From contig NW_005434671.1 of the NCBI RefSeq assembly GCF_000315625.1, forward strand, positions 879,798 through 943,797: a DNA stretch of 64,000 nucleotides. The letters are read 5' to 3'. The position numbers and the translations under genes are program-made. Positions 22,420 through 35,492 of the stretch are shown piece by piece. The notes under the pieces were generated by a model. That model was not told where the DNA came from and made no database searches. It was given only the letters and a program-made list of their open reading frames with translations. The stretch comes from Guillardia theta CCMP2712. Its lineage: Eukaryota; Protista; Cryptophyta. Each line of letters opens with the position of its first letter. Within the stretch, counting starts at the first letter, position 1.

Positions 22420-25400
22420 ATGTCAAGGGCAGGAGGAGAGCTCGCAAACCCCTCAAGGTCTCTAGATGTGGATGCTGTTGTCACCTCAAGATCGAACTCG
22501 AGGGCCTCAGCTCGTTCTACCCCACTCTCAAAGAACGATCCGCATTTCGCCTCCAGGTTTGAGCGACTTGACAGCCCAAGTCAAAGTGAAGACTCCGGCA
22601 AGCAGAGCAAGAATGTGAGGAATGCTTCAGAAGACAGGATCATGTTGAAGAAGTTTTTGTCTGATGAGCCCAAGAAGATAGCTGATGAGCACAGAGACAA
22701 GAAGTCATTACAAGGAAGGGAGAAAGTGAACGAGCTGATCGCAACAGCATCCTGGTCGGCCATGGAAGGGATCGGCATGCTGTTTCGTGGGGCTGCAAGT
22801 GAAGATACGATCAGAGGATGGAAGGACATTGCGAAGAGGAGCTATGTCCGACAGGGGATACTTAACGCCACACGCAAGACAGTGGACAGATCTTACCTGC
22901 TGCAGATCCCAAACGTCCACGCGTCTCAAGATCAGCTTGTCAAGACCATCGAGAGCATCTCGAGCTTCATCTACGACCTCGACCACTTGATCAAGGTCGG
23001 GCCCCTTCACCGCCGCCGGGTCGTGGAGCTCGGAGGCGTGGCGGTGCTGGTTTCGACCTGTCCTTTCATACAGGATGAAGAGCTACTGCTGCGATGCGTC
23101 AGGAGCCTGGCGAACTTGTCTTTGGACTCGGAGACGCGGAGGCTGATGGTGCTAGAGGACAGCGGGTGCCTGAAGGTGCTTGCCGACGTCATCTGTGCCC
23201 CCCACCGCCCAGATGTTCTTGAGAGCTGCTTGAGAGCATTTTACCTCCTAGCAAGCGAGGAGGAAGCAGGGAGGCAGATGGTTGGTCTTGGAGCCCTCAA
23301 CGCCGCATGCACCCTGTGCGCCAAGGTCGGGTCGAGACACCTTGGGGTCCTGCGAGGGGCGTGTGCGCTGCTGTCAAGGCTTGCGAGGGACGCAGCGTGT
23401 CTGGAGGCGATGACGAGCAAGGGCAATCAACTGCTGAACGCTCTCTTCCGTGTTGTGAGGATCTGCCCTGATGCTCTGGTATGCGGTGCAGCTTGCATCG
23501 TTCTCTCAGCTGTATGCAAGGGGCCGAATCGGATCCTTATGGGACGACACAAGAACCTCGACGCCCTCGTGCTGATGCTGGAGCGGGAAGTGCTTCCCGA
23601 CGCCTCCATGTTCCAGGAGGGCGACTCTGCTTCCCAGTCCACCTTCTCGAGGAGGCTGTCGGGCTTCAACCACCTTGTTCCAGCCTGCACTCTGATCACT
23701 CAGCTCAGCGTCGTGCAGGAGAATCGAAACAGATTCATCTCGTTGGGAATCGCACACCCACTTATCGCCCTCATCCTGTCGAGGCTGAATGACAAGGAGT
23801 CATCCGAGGCTGCCAAGGTGAGTCTCTATGACCTGCACCTTCCCTTGTGACGGCAGTCGGCAGTCTGCGATCAAGAGCATTGAGGTGGACGAGAAGCTTC
23901 GTCAGCTGATCTTGTTCGGGGGGGGGGGGGGGGGATAGGGGAGGAGGAGGAGGTGGAGGAGGAGGAGGAGGGACGGGGGCTAGGCGGGGTTTAGCTCTGG
24001 GCCAGATGATGACTATTTGCTGTGCAGGACAGTAGCGGAGTACATATCGCAGACTCTGAACCTGTCGGCCAACTCCTCGCTCGGTTGCTCTACTTCCTCT
24101 CCTTCTTCCCTTCAGTGACTCAGAGCAATCCCAGGGAGCTCCAGCGCGCAGTCCCTCAGCGCTCCATCGCTCGCCAGGAAGCTTGCGGGCAAGACGCAGG
24201 AGCACTGGTCCGATATCCTCCTGCGCATGTTGAGCCTGCAGGAGGCGGAGGAGCTGAAGCTCCGACCCAATGTGGTCCAGCTGCTGAATCGATATTTGTT
24301 CGATCAGAACCATCTACGGCAGCAGGTCTTCACTGCGCTTCCTTCCGTGTTTGGATGCTCTGAGAGAACTTACCTCGGCCAGCAACAGCAGGTGCTCAAG
24401 GACGATGCGGATAAGGAGGATGAAGAGTTGTTCAGGGTCCCTCCCCCTCCCCCCCCTCGTCCAGGTTGGACTCACTACTGCTTTCCCCCCCCCCCCCCCG
24501 CCGGCATCGTAACCTTCATCGACAGATCACGGGACTGTGAAGGCCCCGACACCTTTGGAGCCACCTTCGCTTCCTGCTACTCCCTGTGAGCCTGTTGCAT
24601 CGATGCTGTTGCAGTCCAGGTCACTCGACACTGCAGCAAACTTCCTCTTGAGCTCTGCAAAAGCCCCGACGCCCAGTGAGGTCGAATCGAAACCTCAGAC
24701 ACCACGTGAGGACGAGGACGAGAACGAGGAGGAGGAGGAGGAGGAGGAGGAGGAGGAGGAGGAGGCTGATTATGGATAGGCCTGTTGGACTACGCTACAA
24801 AAATTGCGCCAAGCCCGAGTGAGGCGAGCTCAGTAGCTCAAACTCCAGGTGAGGAGCTGAGATGTCAACGTAGAGTTCTGCTCCTGATTCCGCCTAGACC
24901 TCGACGATTGGGCGGTGGCAGTAGCAGCGACGCCCCTCGAGCCTCTCTCCCTCCCTCATTCCCCAGGTACTCGGAGGAAGCTCTGCAGCCTTGACCAATG
25001 GTTCTCTTCCCCTGTAGCGCCTGAGGACTGGAATGCCGTCACTGCCGACTCTCCTGCTGAGCCCGAGTCTGCTCCTTACACACCAGGTTCGTTGCTGGAC
25101 TGACTGCTAGGAGGGCTGAGTTGACGATTACGTTAGTCATGGGGTCGCGAGACTTTCTTATGGATCGTGCCAAGTCACCCGGCGAAGTTTTCTCAGCTCC
25201 CGTCACTCCCGGTCATGCTCCCTGCTTCCTTCATCGCCTGACAACCCGCTGGCAGACGTGCAGGACTGGATGGCCATCTTGGCTCCTACTCCGCCGCCTG
25301 TTCGCTCGCATCCTCGAACGCCAGGTGGACTTGCTCGATCGCAGCAGCTCGTGATAGTGATGGCAGCTGTGGTGCGATCGGGAGGGAAGCCCTTGTCAGG

Positions 25401-25547
25401 TCAGCAAGCGGTCGAGAGGGGACAGTCCTGACGATGTTGGCAGCTGACGCGAAAGCGTCTGAGGCCATCAGGGAGATGGAGGGCGTGGCGCTGCCTTCGA
25501 TGTCACTGGAGAAAGTGAGGACGCAGCAGCAGCAGGAGAAGCAGTGA
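22420..25547 (+). CDS. Armadillo-repeat protein with Pro/Thr-rich (TPG repeat) acidic C-terminal tail; 3' end approximate
   Basis: 476-aa first exon with ARM-type helices (VELGGVAVLV, CVRSLANLS, GALNAACTL, GIAHPLIALI); downstream exons with AQTPG, YTPG, VTPG, RTPG repeats. Confidence 0.7.
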
Positions 25548-25592
25548 GAGAGAGAGAAGGTTTCAAGGGACATCTCTCATGTGTTGGTTTAT

Positions 25593-28042
25593 CTACATCG
25601 ACCCCTCTCTCACTTGGTTGGCCTTGCGATCGTGTTGAGCGCGCTTCGTCCCATCTTGTCTCGCACGATTTTCTCGAGCGTGATCTTCTTGTACATGCCG
25701 ACGCGTGCTGTGCTGTTTCTCCGCACCAGCTCGTTCTGCAGGCTGAAGGTCGAAGACCTCCGGAAGCTGCCGCGGGGGCTGGCGACGGGACTCTCCTCCA
25801 CAGAGCGGATCAAGTAGAGGATCCAACCCATGAGGCTGTCAGAGTTGGCAAGCTGTAAGACGTTCCTTGAGTTCTCCGAGGACCTCGGGGAGACGGGAGC
25901 ATCGCCTCGGCTCTGAGACTCCTTCTGAACCATTGCCTCCACCCACTCCTGAAACTTCTGCCCGACCTTGTTCTCCGTCAGGAGATCCATCGGCCACAGA
26001 GGCCGCCTGCTCCTAGACTGATCGTCGTCCCGCCTGATGCTAGTGTACATGGCCAGCGCCCGGGAGTCCCAACCTTGCAGAACCTGCCGATAGAGGTCAG
26101 AAGGGTCGAGGAGGGTTGGAGGGGGCAGACCTCGTGCACGTACTTCTCCTGTGCCTCCTTCATCTCCGTCATCCTCAACTCTCGTAGGAACTGAGACCAC
26201 ATGGCTCGGGCCTGGGACAGCAGCTCGTTGTAGACCTGGGCAGCAAGGTGCTCGTGAACGGCCTCGGGCAGCTCGAAGAAGCAGAAGAGGTCCTGCATGA
26301 CCCTCCAGGCCTCCGAGTGCCTGACGTTCACTGAGTGCACGTCCCGGCAGAGCCGGACGAACTCGTTGCAGACTCTCTCCAGCGATGCTCCTATCCACAG
26401 GGGCACCTTGGGAAACATCCGGTGATAGTTGTTGCGCTGCTGCCCATGGTAAAGCTTGTTCGCCTCCTCTTGCCCGATGAACTTGATCTCTGCGATGGGG
26501 CTAGAAGGGAACAGCACAGAAAGCGACTTGTTCATGGTCTTGAGGATGAGGTTGTAGTAATGCTCTCGGAATAGCCGAAAGACAAGGTCTTTCCGCAGTT
26601 GACTTCGAATGACTGAGTTGCGGAACATCCGTTGGCAGTAGACGACTTTCGCCTTGAAGTCCTTGATGGTGCCAATGACTCTTCTCTTGTGCTGGAGTTG
26701 TAAGAGCAGATGTTTGATGATGATGGCGGGCTTGTTCCACAGACTGCAATAACTCCTGAAGTGCCGTCTCAATAAGAACCTTGCAACGCATCTGTAGAAT
26801 GTCTTCTCTGGGGAGAGTTCCATCCTGTTTTCAAAACTCCAGCGGATGATAGAGAAGATGGAGTTGTGCTTCAGATTGTGCAGCCTGTGCTCGTAGTTTT
26901 CACTTCGTCGGAGTCTGAACAAACGGGCAACTTTCTGCACATTACGTCTTACGTTGACAATCTGACCGAAGCGTCTTTCTCGCATGTGATGTTCTCGTAT
27001 CAGCATTTCTGAGCAACTCTGGGAGAAGTTTGCTAAGATCACGAGCGTCAACCATCTCTTCTGCTCCATCTCGATACGGTTGTGAATTTCAGTCTCCTGA
27101 GGCTTGACATATGACTTGCTATGCTTCACCATGAAAGAATGTATGGTTCGCTCCCATTGCTCTGCTCAAAGTCAGGGAATCGACGCACGCAATGTATAGA
27201 GCACCTCTCTTCAAAGCTTGCGCCTTCGCGTACGTTTCTTCGACTCTTTGTTGACGTTCTGCTGCATGTCTTTGCAAAGTCTTTGTATAAATCCTGGGAC
27301 TAAAAACCTCGAGATTTTTCGTGTTTTCTCGCACAATATCTCTTGCCTTTCGATGAAGAACATGAGCAAACGAGCAAACAGAAGCTTCATCACAGCTCAC
27401 CTCGATCGGCCTCGAGCTTGGACGTAAGTTCACGAGTTGCAGATGAAAGTCCAGAGATCTTCTCTTCTTGGGTTGCGAGAGGACAGCAAGTCTGGGGGAC
27501 ATGAGCTGCTTGTCATGCGCCAGAAACTTCCTGTCGTTGCTGGAAGAATCGCGACGAGAGGTGGCGGGTCGGAGGGCATGCTCGTGATCTGAAGATTTGG
27601 ATGGCTTGCCCTCTGAGCGGTCAATGATCACGTCTCTTCCTCCGGCTAAGTACCGCGCTACTGAGGGGGGCATGGGGCGCTCATACTTGCGAAGGAGAGG
27701 GTTGTACCCCAGGATCTTTCCTTCGTCCTTCGCCTCCACGGAGGACTTTGTCTTGCTCCTCATCTTCTCCAACCTCGCGATGTTCTTGCTCGTGGCCGAG
27801 AGATCTTTCAATCCGGTCAGAACCGCACGAGGTGTCCTCAATTCGTCGGAGGACGCCAGCAGAGCTCGCACGTCAGGCATGCGGTCGAGACTTCTTTCCT
27901 CGCCCCCTCGGTCTTCTGGTGTAACTGAGTCCTCATGCTGACTGTCCTGAGTGTTGCCGTTCTCTTTCCTCCTGCTCTCGCTCTTCGACCAACTGCTTGC
28001 CGTTCCTGGCCGAGTGAAAGTTGAGTTGGACATCACCATCAT
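25593..28042 (-). CDS. Large hypothetical basic helical protein (IQ-like R/K-rich segments), multi-exon
   Basis: Three long consecutive ORFs (307, 384, 262 aa) linked by ~50-nt GT-AG introns; no recognisable catalytic motif. Confidence 0.6.
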
Positions 28043-28294
28043 TCACAGCAAGCGAGGCTTCAGCCGTAGAAGACTCACTGGTAGTAGCTTCAACCCGCAA
28101 GCTCACTCACTCACTAGAAGTCGCAAGCTTTTCTCCTGCTCTCCTCACTTGTGCAGCACCAGCCGGCATGGAAAGTACGCCTGAACACAACGGTCAGTAA
28201 CTAGTTAAGTAAAAAACGAGCCCGGGCCGGCGGGCGGCAGCCGGACCGGGCCGGGTCAGCCGCAGGCCGGTTCAGTTGAATGATGTGTACGGGG

Positions 28295-29100
28295 ATGAGG
28301 GGTTACAGCAGGCGAAGGGACAGAATGCTGGAAGCGCTGTGGCAGTACTTCCACAAGCTGGACGGGAACGTGTGCCTGCAATGGACTGTTCCCCATCCGG
28401 CTAGACCCAACAACCAGTTTGTACAGGTACGTGTCGAGCAGTGGAAGAGAGAGGAGAGAGTAGACGGGAGGGAGGCTGGGGAAGAACGGTAGGAGACCAT
28501 AGGTGGTGAGAGAGGGTTGTGGAGTAGGGCAGTTAGGAGGTGCCAAGGTGAAGGGAGTGGATAGAAGTGATTGAAATTAAGCACTCACAGATGAAATGTA
28601 GGGAGGTTATGGAGGAAGGACTTAGAAGGGGGGCGGGGGGGCGGGGGGCAATGAAGAAAGACACTTTGATTAGATGTTCAGAAGGAATGTGACAAGCGCT
28701 AGAGCTGAAGATATAACAACATCGCTTGTTCCCTGGTCTGACAAGAGACTTTACAGTTCATGAATCAAGATTATGTTGGTCAGTCCAAAGGAAGATGCAG
28801 CACGGCAGGGTTCGACAAGAACGAGCTCAAATTCTCTGCTTATGTGAAGCAGCCAAACCCCTTTCAACCTAAGGAAGAGCAAGATCCTGAGGTACATTTA
28901 GCATAGAATAAACAAAGAATATACAGTGATGCACTTGATGTTGATATCTTGACACTTGATGTTGATCTTTTGACACTTGATGTTGATCTCTTGACATGTT
29001 CAAGATAAGTTCTCTTGACATGTTCTAGATAAGTTCTCACTGCACTTTCTTGCACAACTGTTACACTGCAAGGGAGTCCTAGTTACTTTTAAATTCATGT
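28295..29100 (+). CDS. Small hypothetical protein, multi-exon
   Basis: Exon MRGYSRRRDRMLEALWQYF...NNQFVQ ending at GTACGT donor; exon FMNQDYVGQSKGRCSTAGFDKNELKFSAYVKQPNPF...DPE ending at GTACAT donor. Confidence 0.4.
28931..29038. repeat. Compound minisatellite: about 3x 21-bp (cacttgatgttgat.tcttga) then 2x ~24-bp (tcttgacatgttc.agataagttc)
   Basis: Direct reading; lies in the putative intron starting at 28891. Confidence 0.85.
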
Positions 29101-29149
29101 ATTATACACAGCAAGTCAATGCAGGATGGCAAGTTGTGAGGGAAAGGGA

Positions 29150-32100
29150 TCATCGTGCCCAGGAAGGAATCAACTCAGTCGTCTCCAGGCGACGAGTGCA
29201 TGAAAGATCAGTTGTCTTAACCGAAATAGGATTCATGGCCAGCGGCTGCACAGGAAAAGGGAGTAAGAATTCGTTATCAAAATGGATGCAGAAGAATCAC
29301 ATGAGTGGAGATGCCTCGGGAGATAGCGGTCAAGCCGAATGTGCTTGAGGTCAATCAGCGATCAAGGATGAGAGGAAAAGTGAATTGTCACCTCCCGTGG
29401 GTCAAGACAGCGTCCGCAGCCTCGGCCATCATGAACCAGTCGAGCAGGGCGAGCTGAAAGACTGTGAGGAGGCAGCGATACTTGATACGAGCAGTCACAC
29501 CTCCCATGGCGACCTCAACGACCCCTGCAGGCTCGAGTGAAGGAAGCACAACCTCCTGCTGGCCTCTCCCTCCAACTTCCTCCGGAGGCTCTCAAGCCGC
29601 TGCCCCGTCATCCTTGAGCGGTGCAGGGGCCAAGACAAGCAGCACAAGCAGCACCTGAGGGTCATCTGTCGAGACGTAGACTGTTGTCAGGTTGCTCGTA
29701 GCGATGCGCAACGTCAGGCAGGTCATGAACGTCATGTCGCCTGCCGGTGCTCGTCACATCCACCAGCGCCAAAGGCTTCTGAGTTACCGTCATTGTCGAG
29801 ATACGAGTAGCTGTCGACCTGCTGTCCCTCCTCCACCAGCGCTGCTCCGGCGTGCGATCTCGTTCCCGTGCGCAGCGCAACACCGAGGAAAGGGATGGAA
29901 GAACCCTGCCCTTTCTTCCAACATGCAGCAGCGCTCTGCTTCAGGTCGTCCATGGCGGCGGATATCTTCCCTGCTGCCTGTCAGGGGATGTGGTGAGGAC
30001 GGTCAACATGCTCACTGGAAGGTTGTAGCAGGGACTTGAGAACACACCCAGCGACCCTCATCGAGTCAGACGCATCGACCTTGCAAAGTCGTGCAGCCCA
30101 CTGGTAATCCTGGAAAGAGATTTCAACTCCAATTCCCCCCCCCCCCCCCCCCCCCCGACTCTCTACCCTCGCTCCATCCTTGCTCTGTCCAGTCCCCTCC
30201 CCTTCAACTTGTCCGTCCTTGCTAACTGCTCCTGCTCGAACCTCTAAGGTGCCGAGAGCGAGTAGGAACGATCCAAGGCTCTGGTACCAGACCACGGAAG
30301 GGCCGCCGACTCGCTTGTCCCCATCATGCAGCCTGCAATCGCGTCATCCAGAAGCCTTCCTGCTACCGGCCTGTCACCTGGACCCGTGAAAGCTGCACTC
30401 TGTCCCTTCCCCACACGTCAGCAGAAGTTTCCCTAGCCTAGAAAGGCCGTCAGCTGACAGCGACGCTGCTCGAGGAGCCTCGCCTTGTGAAAAGGGGCAT
30501 CGGAGTTCTGAGAAGCAGGGTGCCTGCCAGAGGTTCACTGTAAGAAGCACAACATGGCAGGACGCACTTGATCGCGCATCATACAACCACTGAGATGAAG
30601 AACAGTTACACAACTTCTCTTCGTTAGTTGTCTTGGTCGCCCGGATCGCGGCATCATCGCACATAAAGTCGTTTGTGCCCTCTAGAGGGTCTTTGCAAGC
30701 TTCAACCATTCTGTCCCAAGGTCGAGCCATTCCTAGGCGTTCAAGTTGATTCCAGTCCCAAAAGATTGGGAGAGGAGCGAACCCCGCCGTCAGATTAGGA
30801 GACCCTGACCAGTCAAGGACGAGGAAACGCTTCATGCATAGTTACAATGAAAGAAGACGACGGGGAAAAGGAGGGGAAGTATCGAAAGAGGGAGATGGGG
30901 GGAGAGGGGGGAAGGAAAGGCGGGGATTTGATGGAGAAAGAGGGAAGGAGGGAGAAAGAAAATCACCTCAGTGTGCATGGCAAACAACAACACAGAGGAA
31001 AGGACGAGAGCTCTGCAGTACAAGGTGTAAACTGCAAAAGGGAGGAGAGAAGGGATTCAAACCTGTTACCCCATCCTTCTGCTCCTGGCGTGTAGACGAG
31101 GAAACGAGTTTGGGTGAGTCTATTGTGACCTTCCCGTCTCCATTCCTTGATCTGCGACAGCTGCCGACATGATGGGTCTGAGTGGTGCACGGGATTGCTG
31201 GAGGGATCAAACCTGCCATTGTTGATATCTGCGTATCGAGGAAGCCATGTCCGAGGATGCTGCAACCCAAGGAGGCACGTTGGTCTATTGAGGACGTAGC
31301 AAAGTCAATCATGCAAGATTCGTTTGAGGGGATGATGCAGTTGCAAGGTCATACCAAAATCTGCGGGTTGTCTTTCTCCGTGGTGATCTTCAAGAGAGAT
31401 TTTTCGTGGAACAACCGCATTGCAGTGTTCATGCAAACCTGCAAAATAGATGAAAGACAGGATACATCGCAAGATAGATACCTCCGCAAAGACCACTTTC
31501 CTGCTACCATTCCATCTAGAAAGCCTTGAAAACAATTTCCCCAGCAAGTACCATACAGCATCTGACTCTACCTCATGGCTCAACAAATTCTTGATTGCGA
31601 ATCAATCAGTTGGAGAAACAGATCAGATGTTCATCGGGATGTTGACTACCTTAGAATGATGAGTCAACGACTTGTAGAACTCGTCCGTTTGAGCGTTTGT
31701 CATTTCTGTGCTATCAAACATGCCGTCATTGCAAGCATTGTTGCGAAAACTTACTTGTGCTGCAGACTGATTGCAATGAGATATAGATATCTTGCACGAT
31801 TCAGCTCTTGTACTCTTGATGCTTCGCAAGATTCGCTTCAACAACACACGAAATCTCAACTATCACCAAAAGATCGACAGAAAACACTCCTCACCAACAA
31901 TCATTTTCCAGACCGCCAATCGCAATCTCCAGATTCTGCACAGCATCTTTTGTTCGCCCTTCAGACAGCTGTGAGTTTCCCAGAAGCACCTGCACATCTT
32001 TTGACATGTCTGACTCCACAAGCACGGACTCCGAACCCACCAGCAGCGACCAGTGGCTGGGATCCAACCGGAGAGCTTCCTCGTAGACATGCGATGACAG

Positions 32101-32878
32101 GCTGATTCTCTTCTGTCCGCGTGTTCATCATGCAAGCATGATCAAGACACGCCAGGGGCTGACCTGAGCTATCCTCTCTGCTCGCACTAAATTCGCCTTG
32201 CGAATCATCTCCATCACCCTCGATCTTGCAATAGAGATTCCCATGGCGGCGGCTATCTGCAGAGACCATGTGAACGGAGCAGTCCAGACAAACGTAGCTA
32301 TGACCTGCTTCAACTCCTCTATATCAGCACATATCGTCTCCCCTTCTACCGGATTCTTTCCCCCTGTTCCCTGTTCAGTCAACTTCAACAAAGCGGTGCT
32401 CTTGTTCTACCTGCAAAAAGAACTTTTGAAGCCACTTCGATGATGGCCTGAGAAAGAAGTTCAGTAGGGAACAGCATACGATAATGGCACAATCACATTC
32501 GGATGCGTGCGAGGGAAGTCAAGAATCACAAATTGATCCAGCAAATCTCTTGAAGCAAGTGAGAATCAGCGAGCAAGAAGGGTTCGTTCCTTGATGGTGA
32601 GAAACTAGCGCAACTTTACCTGTCAAGAACAAACTTGTTCTCCGTCAAGCAGCTTGGTAGTAGCGCATAAGTATTGTCGACGAGCGTAGGTAGCAGGAAA
32701 CAAAGGCAAACAGCCCAGCAGAAGCTGTTCCCACTTTGGCAATTAGAAGAGGGATCATACTGGAAAGAGCGAAAGGACCCAAAAGAACAAAACAAGAGGA
32801 GGAGGCAGGAAATAGTTACCTTCCTCGATGGACAATAAAGATTCGAATGTTCTCCTTCAGGTTGGGTTTGTTCAGCAT
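29150..32878 (-). CDS. Fucosyltransferase-like glycosyltransferase (GT-B, NodZ/FUT8/GT37-like C-terminal domain) with unidentified N-terminal module
   Basis: Spliced motifs RFLVYTPGAEGWGNR-ALVLSSVLLFAMHTE-RFLVLDW; VALRTG; VYVSTDDP; ALLDWFMMAEAADAVLTHGSTFGLTA. These correspond to conserved fucosyltransferase motifs. Joining the upstream exons to 32878 is inferred. Confidence 0.65.
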
Positions 32879-33893
32879 GCTCGCCGCCGCCGCCGCCGCC
32901 TGCTCAACCTACGCTCGGACTACCCGACAGGCATGTTTTGACTTCGGGAATGAGGGGGATGAATGGGATGGGACTGAGTGGAGATGAGGCTTGTGAACTG
33001 GGATAGACAAAAAAGGTTACAGGGGTGAGTTCAAAGATGGGGGGTGGGGTGAACACAATCTTGATAAATGAGGGGTGATTTCATAGCATGTCTTATGGAA
33101 AATATGGGGTGATGTTTTAAAGGGGTGGGTACCAAAGATCCTCGCTTCAGTTAGCCGTCCATTTTTTTGTAGTCCGCTCGGTTGATCAACCATGCGAGGA
33201 AAAGCGCAAGAGCGTTGGAGAGAAGAGAGAGGAGGGAGGGAGGATGAGAGAGCAGGCAGGAATGATTGAGCGAGGAGGGCAGTGAGAGACGGGCACCATA
33301 CAGAGATGGAGAACGAATGAGTCGCAAAGAGGAGATGAATGGAGAGGACGGGGTGGGTGGACGGTGATTCATGAATATCGACAGCGAAGACTTGGTGGGT
33401 GATAGGAAGATCGAAGAAAGAGGGGAGGGGAGGCGACAGTTGCCAAACGTGAAAATTTAACAATGCTAAACGAAAAGCGAAGAAAATGCGAGAGTTCGAG
33501 GGAAGAAAGAAACTCACAACTGCTTGCGATTGCATTATACAGCATGCGTTGACGAGACAAACTGAAAAATTATTGTTCTCCAACCGCAAATAGCAGCCTG
33601 ATGAGGCAATGTTTGACGTTGAGTTGTGGGTGAGGAAAGGGGGTCCTGATATGTAAGATCTTACCTTTGTCAATCATCCATTATCAACAATCTTCGATGC
33701 ATCAACTTCTTTTTGAGGTGTTTGTTGCCCTCCTCCACCACTTGTTGTTCATTCAAGTGTGTTGATTGATAAGAGCGCTTCATTGTGTCTTTATTTCATT
33801 GTTGCTCCTTATTTGAGGAGAACCTCTCCAGCAATATCTTGACTGATTGCTAGTTGTAGCAGGTTATACACACTTTAAACGAGGGAGAAAGAT

Positions 33894-34337
33894 ATGGTGC
33901 TACGCATCAATTATTCGAGAACAATCTTGCAGCTAGTTCTGGTCTTGTTGGCTCTATCTTCATCTCACGCGGCAAGACGATATCGAAGGCACAAGACCGG
34001 GCCATCACAGGTTGGGTGGAGTGTCACTTGATCATGTCGTTTGCTCATTGGGTCACTTGCAGGAATCATTGATGAAAGCAGCAGAAAGACGCTGCGCGCA
34101 ACTTCAGTGCTCTGATCTTGATCAGTATCAGAGACAGGCGTGTATTTTTAAGTGTATATCAGGCAGGTGCTACGATGTAGTTTTTGGGCAAGATGAGGTT
34201 CGACGATTGTTTTCGAATTCTGTTGTTTTTCACACGTGTCAAAACAGATAGAAGAAGGAGAGTTTTTGGATGAACGAATCAAAGTTTTCAAGCAATGTTA
34301 CAGAAATCCAAATTTTGACTCGAGAACGATGTCCTAG
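33894..34337 (+). CDS. Small secreted cysteine-rich protein, DUF4787-like (3 exons)
   Basis: Signal peptide ILQLVLVLLALSSSHA; CAQLQC...ACIFKCISGRCYDVVFGQDE-IEEGEFLDERIKVFKQC; stop TAG 34335-34337. Confidence 0.7.
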
Positions 34338-34581
34338 AGGACATGATTAGATTAGGTTGCCAGGTGAAAATTATGTTTATCTCATGTTTATGTGTTTCAA
34401 TCAACTGTGTATTTTGTACTTCAATGAAGATTTCATGTGTTCTTTGGTTTGTCCGATCTTTTGATCGCACACGGCGGTGACTCAGTGACGGCCCGGTCGC
34501 CGATCCGCAGGCCGGGAACGGTTACACTTCCGAACTGAAATGAAAACTACCGTTGCGACCGGGTGGAATGCCGATGCCATC

Positions 34582-35371
34582 ATGGCGCAGACAATCCTCA
34601 GACGGATCGAAGGAGTTGCTAGTAGAAGCAGCCGCTTAGCGGCAGAGTGAGCTCTCAGTGACATTCTTAGCACCTGCAGCAAACTTTGCAGAGTCTGCCA
34701 CATCAGCAGATTCGGAGACAGGCAGATGTACTGAGAAGGCAGTTTGGGAGCGGCTGAAGAAGCCTTCTCCGTTGCGTCCTGATCAGGTTTCCTCTGACTA
34801 ATCTCTTGCATTTCCCACAGACGCTAGCAACATGAGCTCTGAAATTCGTGGAATATGTAGCCAGTGCAGGCACCCTGTAAGTTTCATTTTACTCTCCTCA
34901 ACAAAATCAATGAATCTGAGTTGTGGATCGAAAACGACCAAATATTGCGGCAGGTGCATGCAAATCAATTGCGGGTATCCGAAGAGGGCAGCTACATGCA
35001 CAAAGATTGTTACGATCAACGCAATGAGATCATGATGAGACTGCGAGAGGGTGGTGACTCAAACGTGCAAAATTCCAACGCACTTGACGCTGGTCAAAAT
35101 TTCGAATACCGCGGACTCTGTGGAGTTTGTGGCCATGAGGTGAGCGAGCGAGAGTGAAATATTGGCAAAGACAACTTCACTGCTTACGCGCTGGACCATC
35201 AGGTGTATACAAATCAGCTGCGTGTCGGTCAAGAAGGCAAGTACTTTCACAAATCCTGCTTTGATGAAGTCGCTTCGAAGACCCCCGAGCAGAATCAACC
35301 CATCAGCGATGCGAGAAAAGATGAAGAATATTTCGTTTAAACGTGTAAGTTATGTTGTCCATGATGAATAA
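34582..35371 (+). CDS. Small protein with two CxxC...HxxC zinc-finger repeats (half-LIM-like)
   Basis: RGICSQCRHP-VHANQLRVSEEGSYMHKDC and RGLCGVCGHE-VYTNQLRVGQEGKYFHKSC after removing GT-AG introns. Confidence 0.6.
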
Positions 35372-35492
35372 GACCCCATTATTTAGGTAGGGGTCAAAGA
35401 ATGAAAGAAACAAGATATTTTCACACACGTTTCAATCCACTCATCGACAGAAGAAAGTCTATCTTAGTGATGCCAAGTTGAAGCGAATGTTT

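Noticed and set aside
33560-33850. Possible degraded coding fragment on the minus strand
   Set aside because: Stops in all frames and no recognisable motif; cannot support a pseudogene call.
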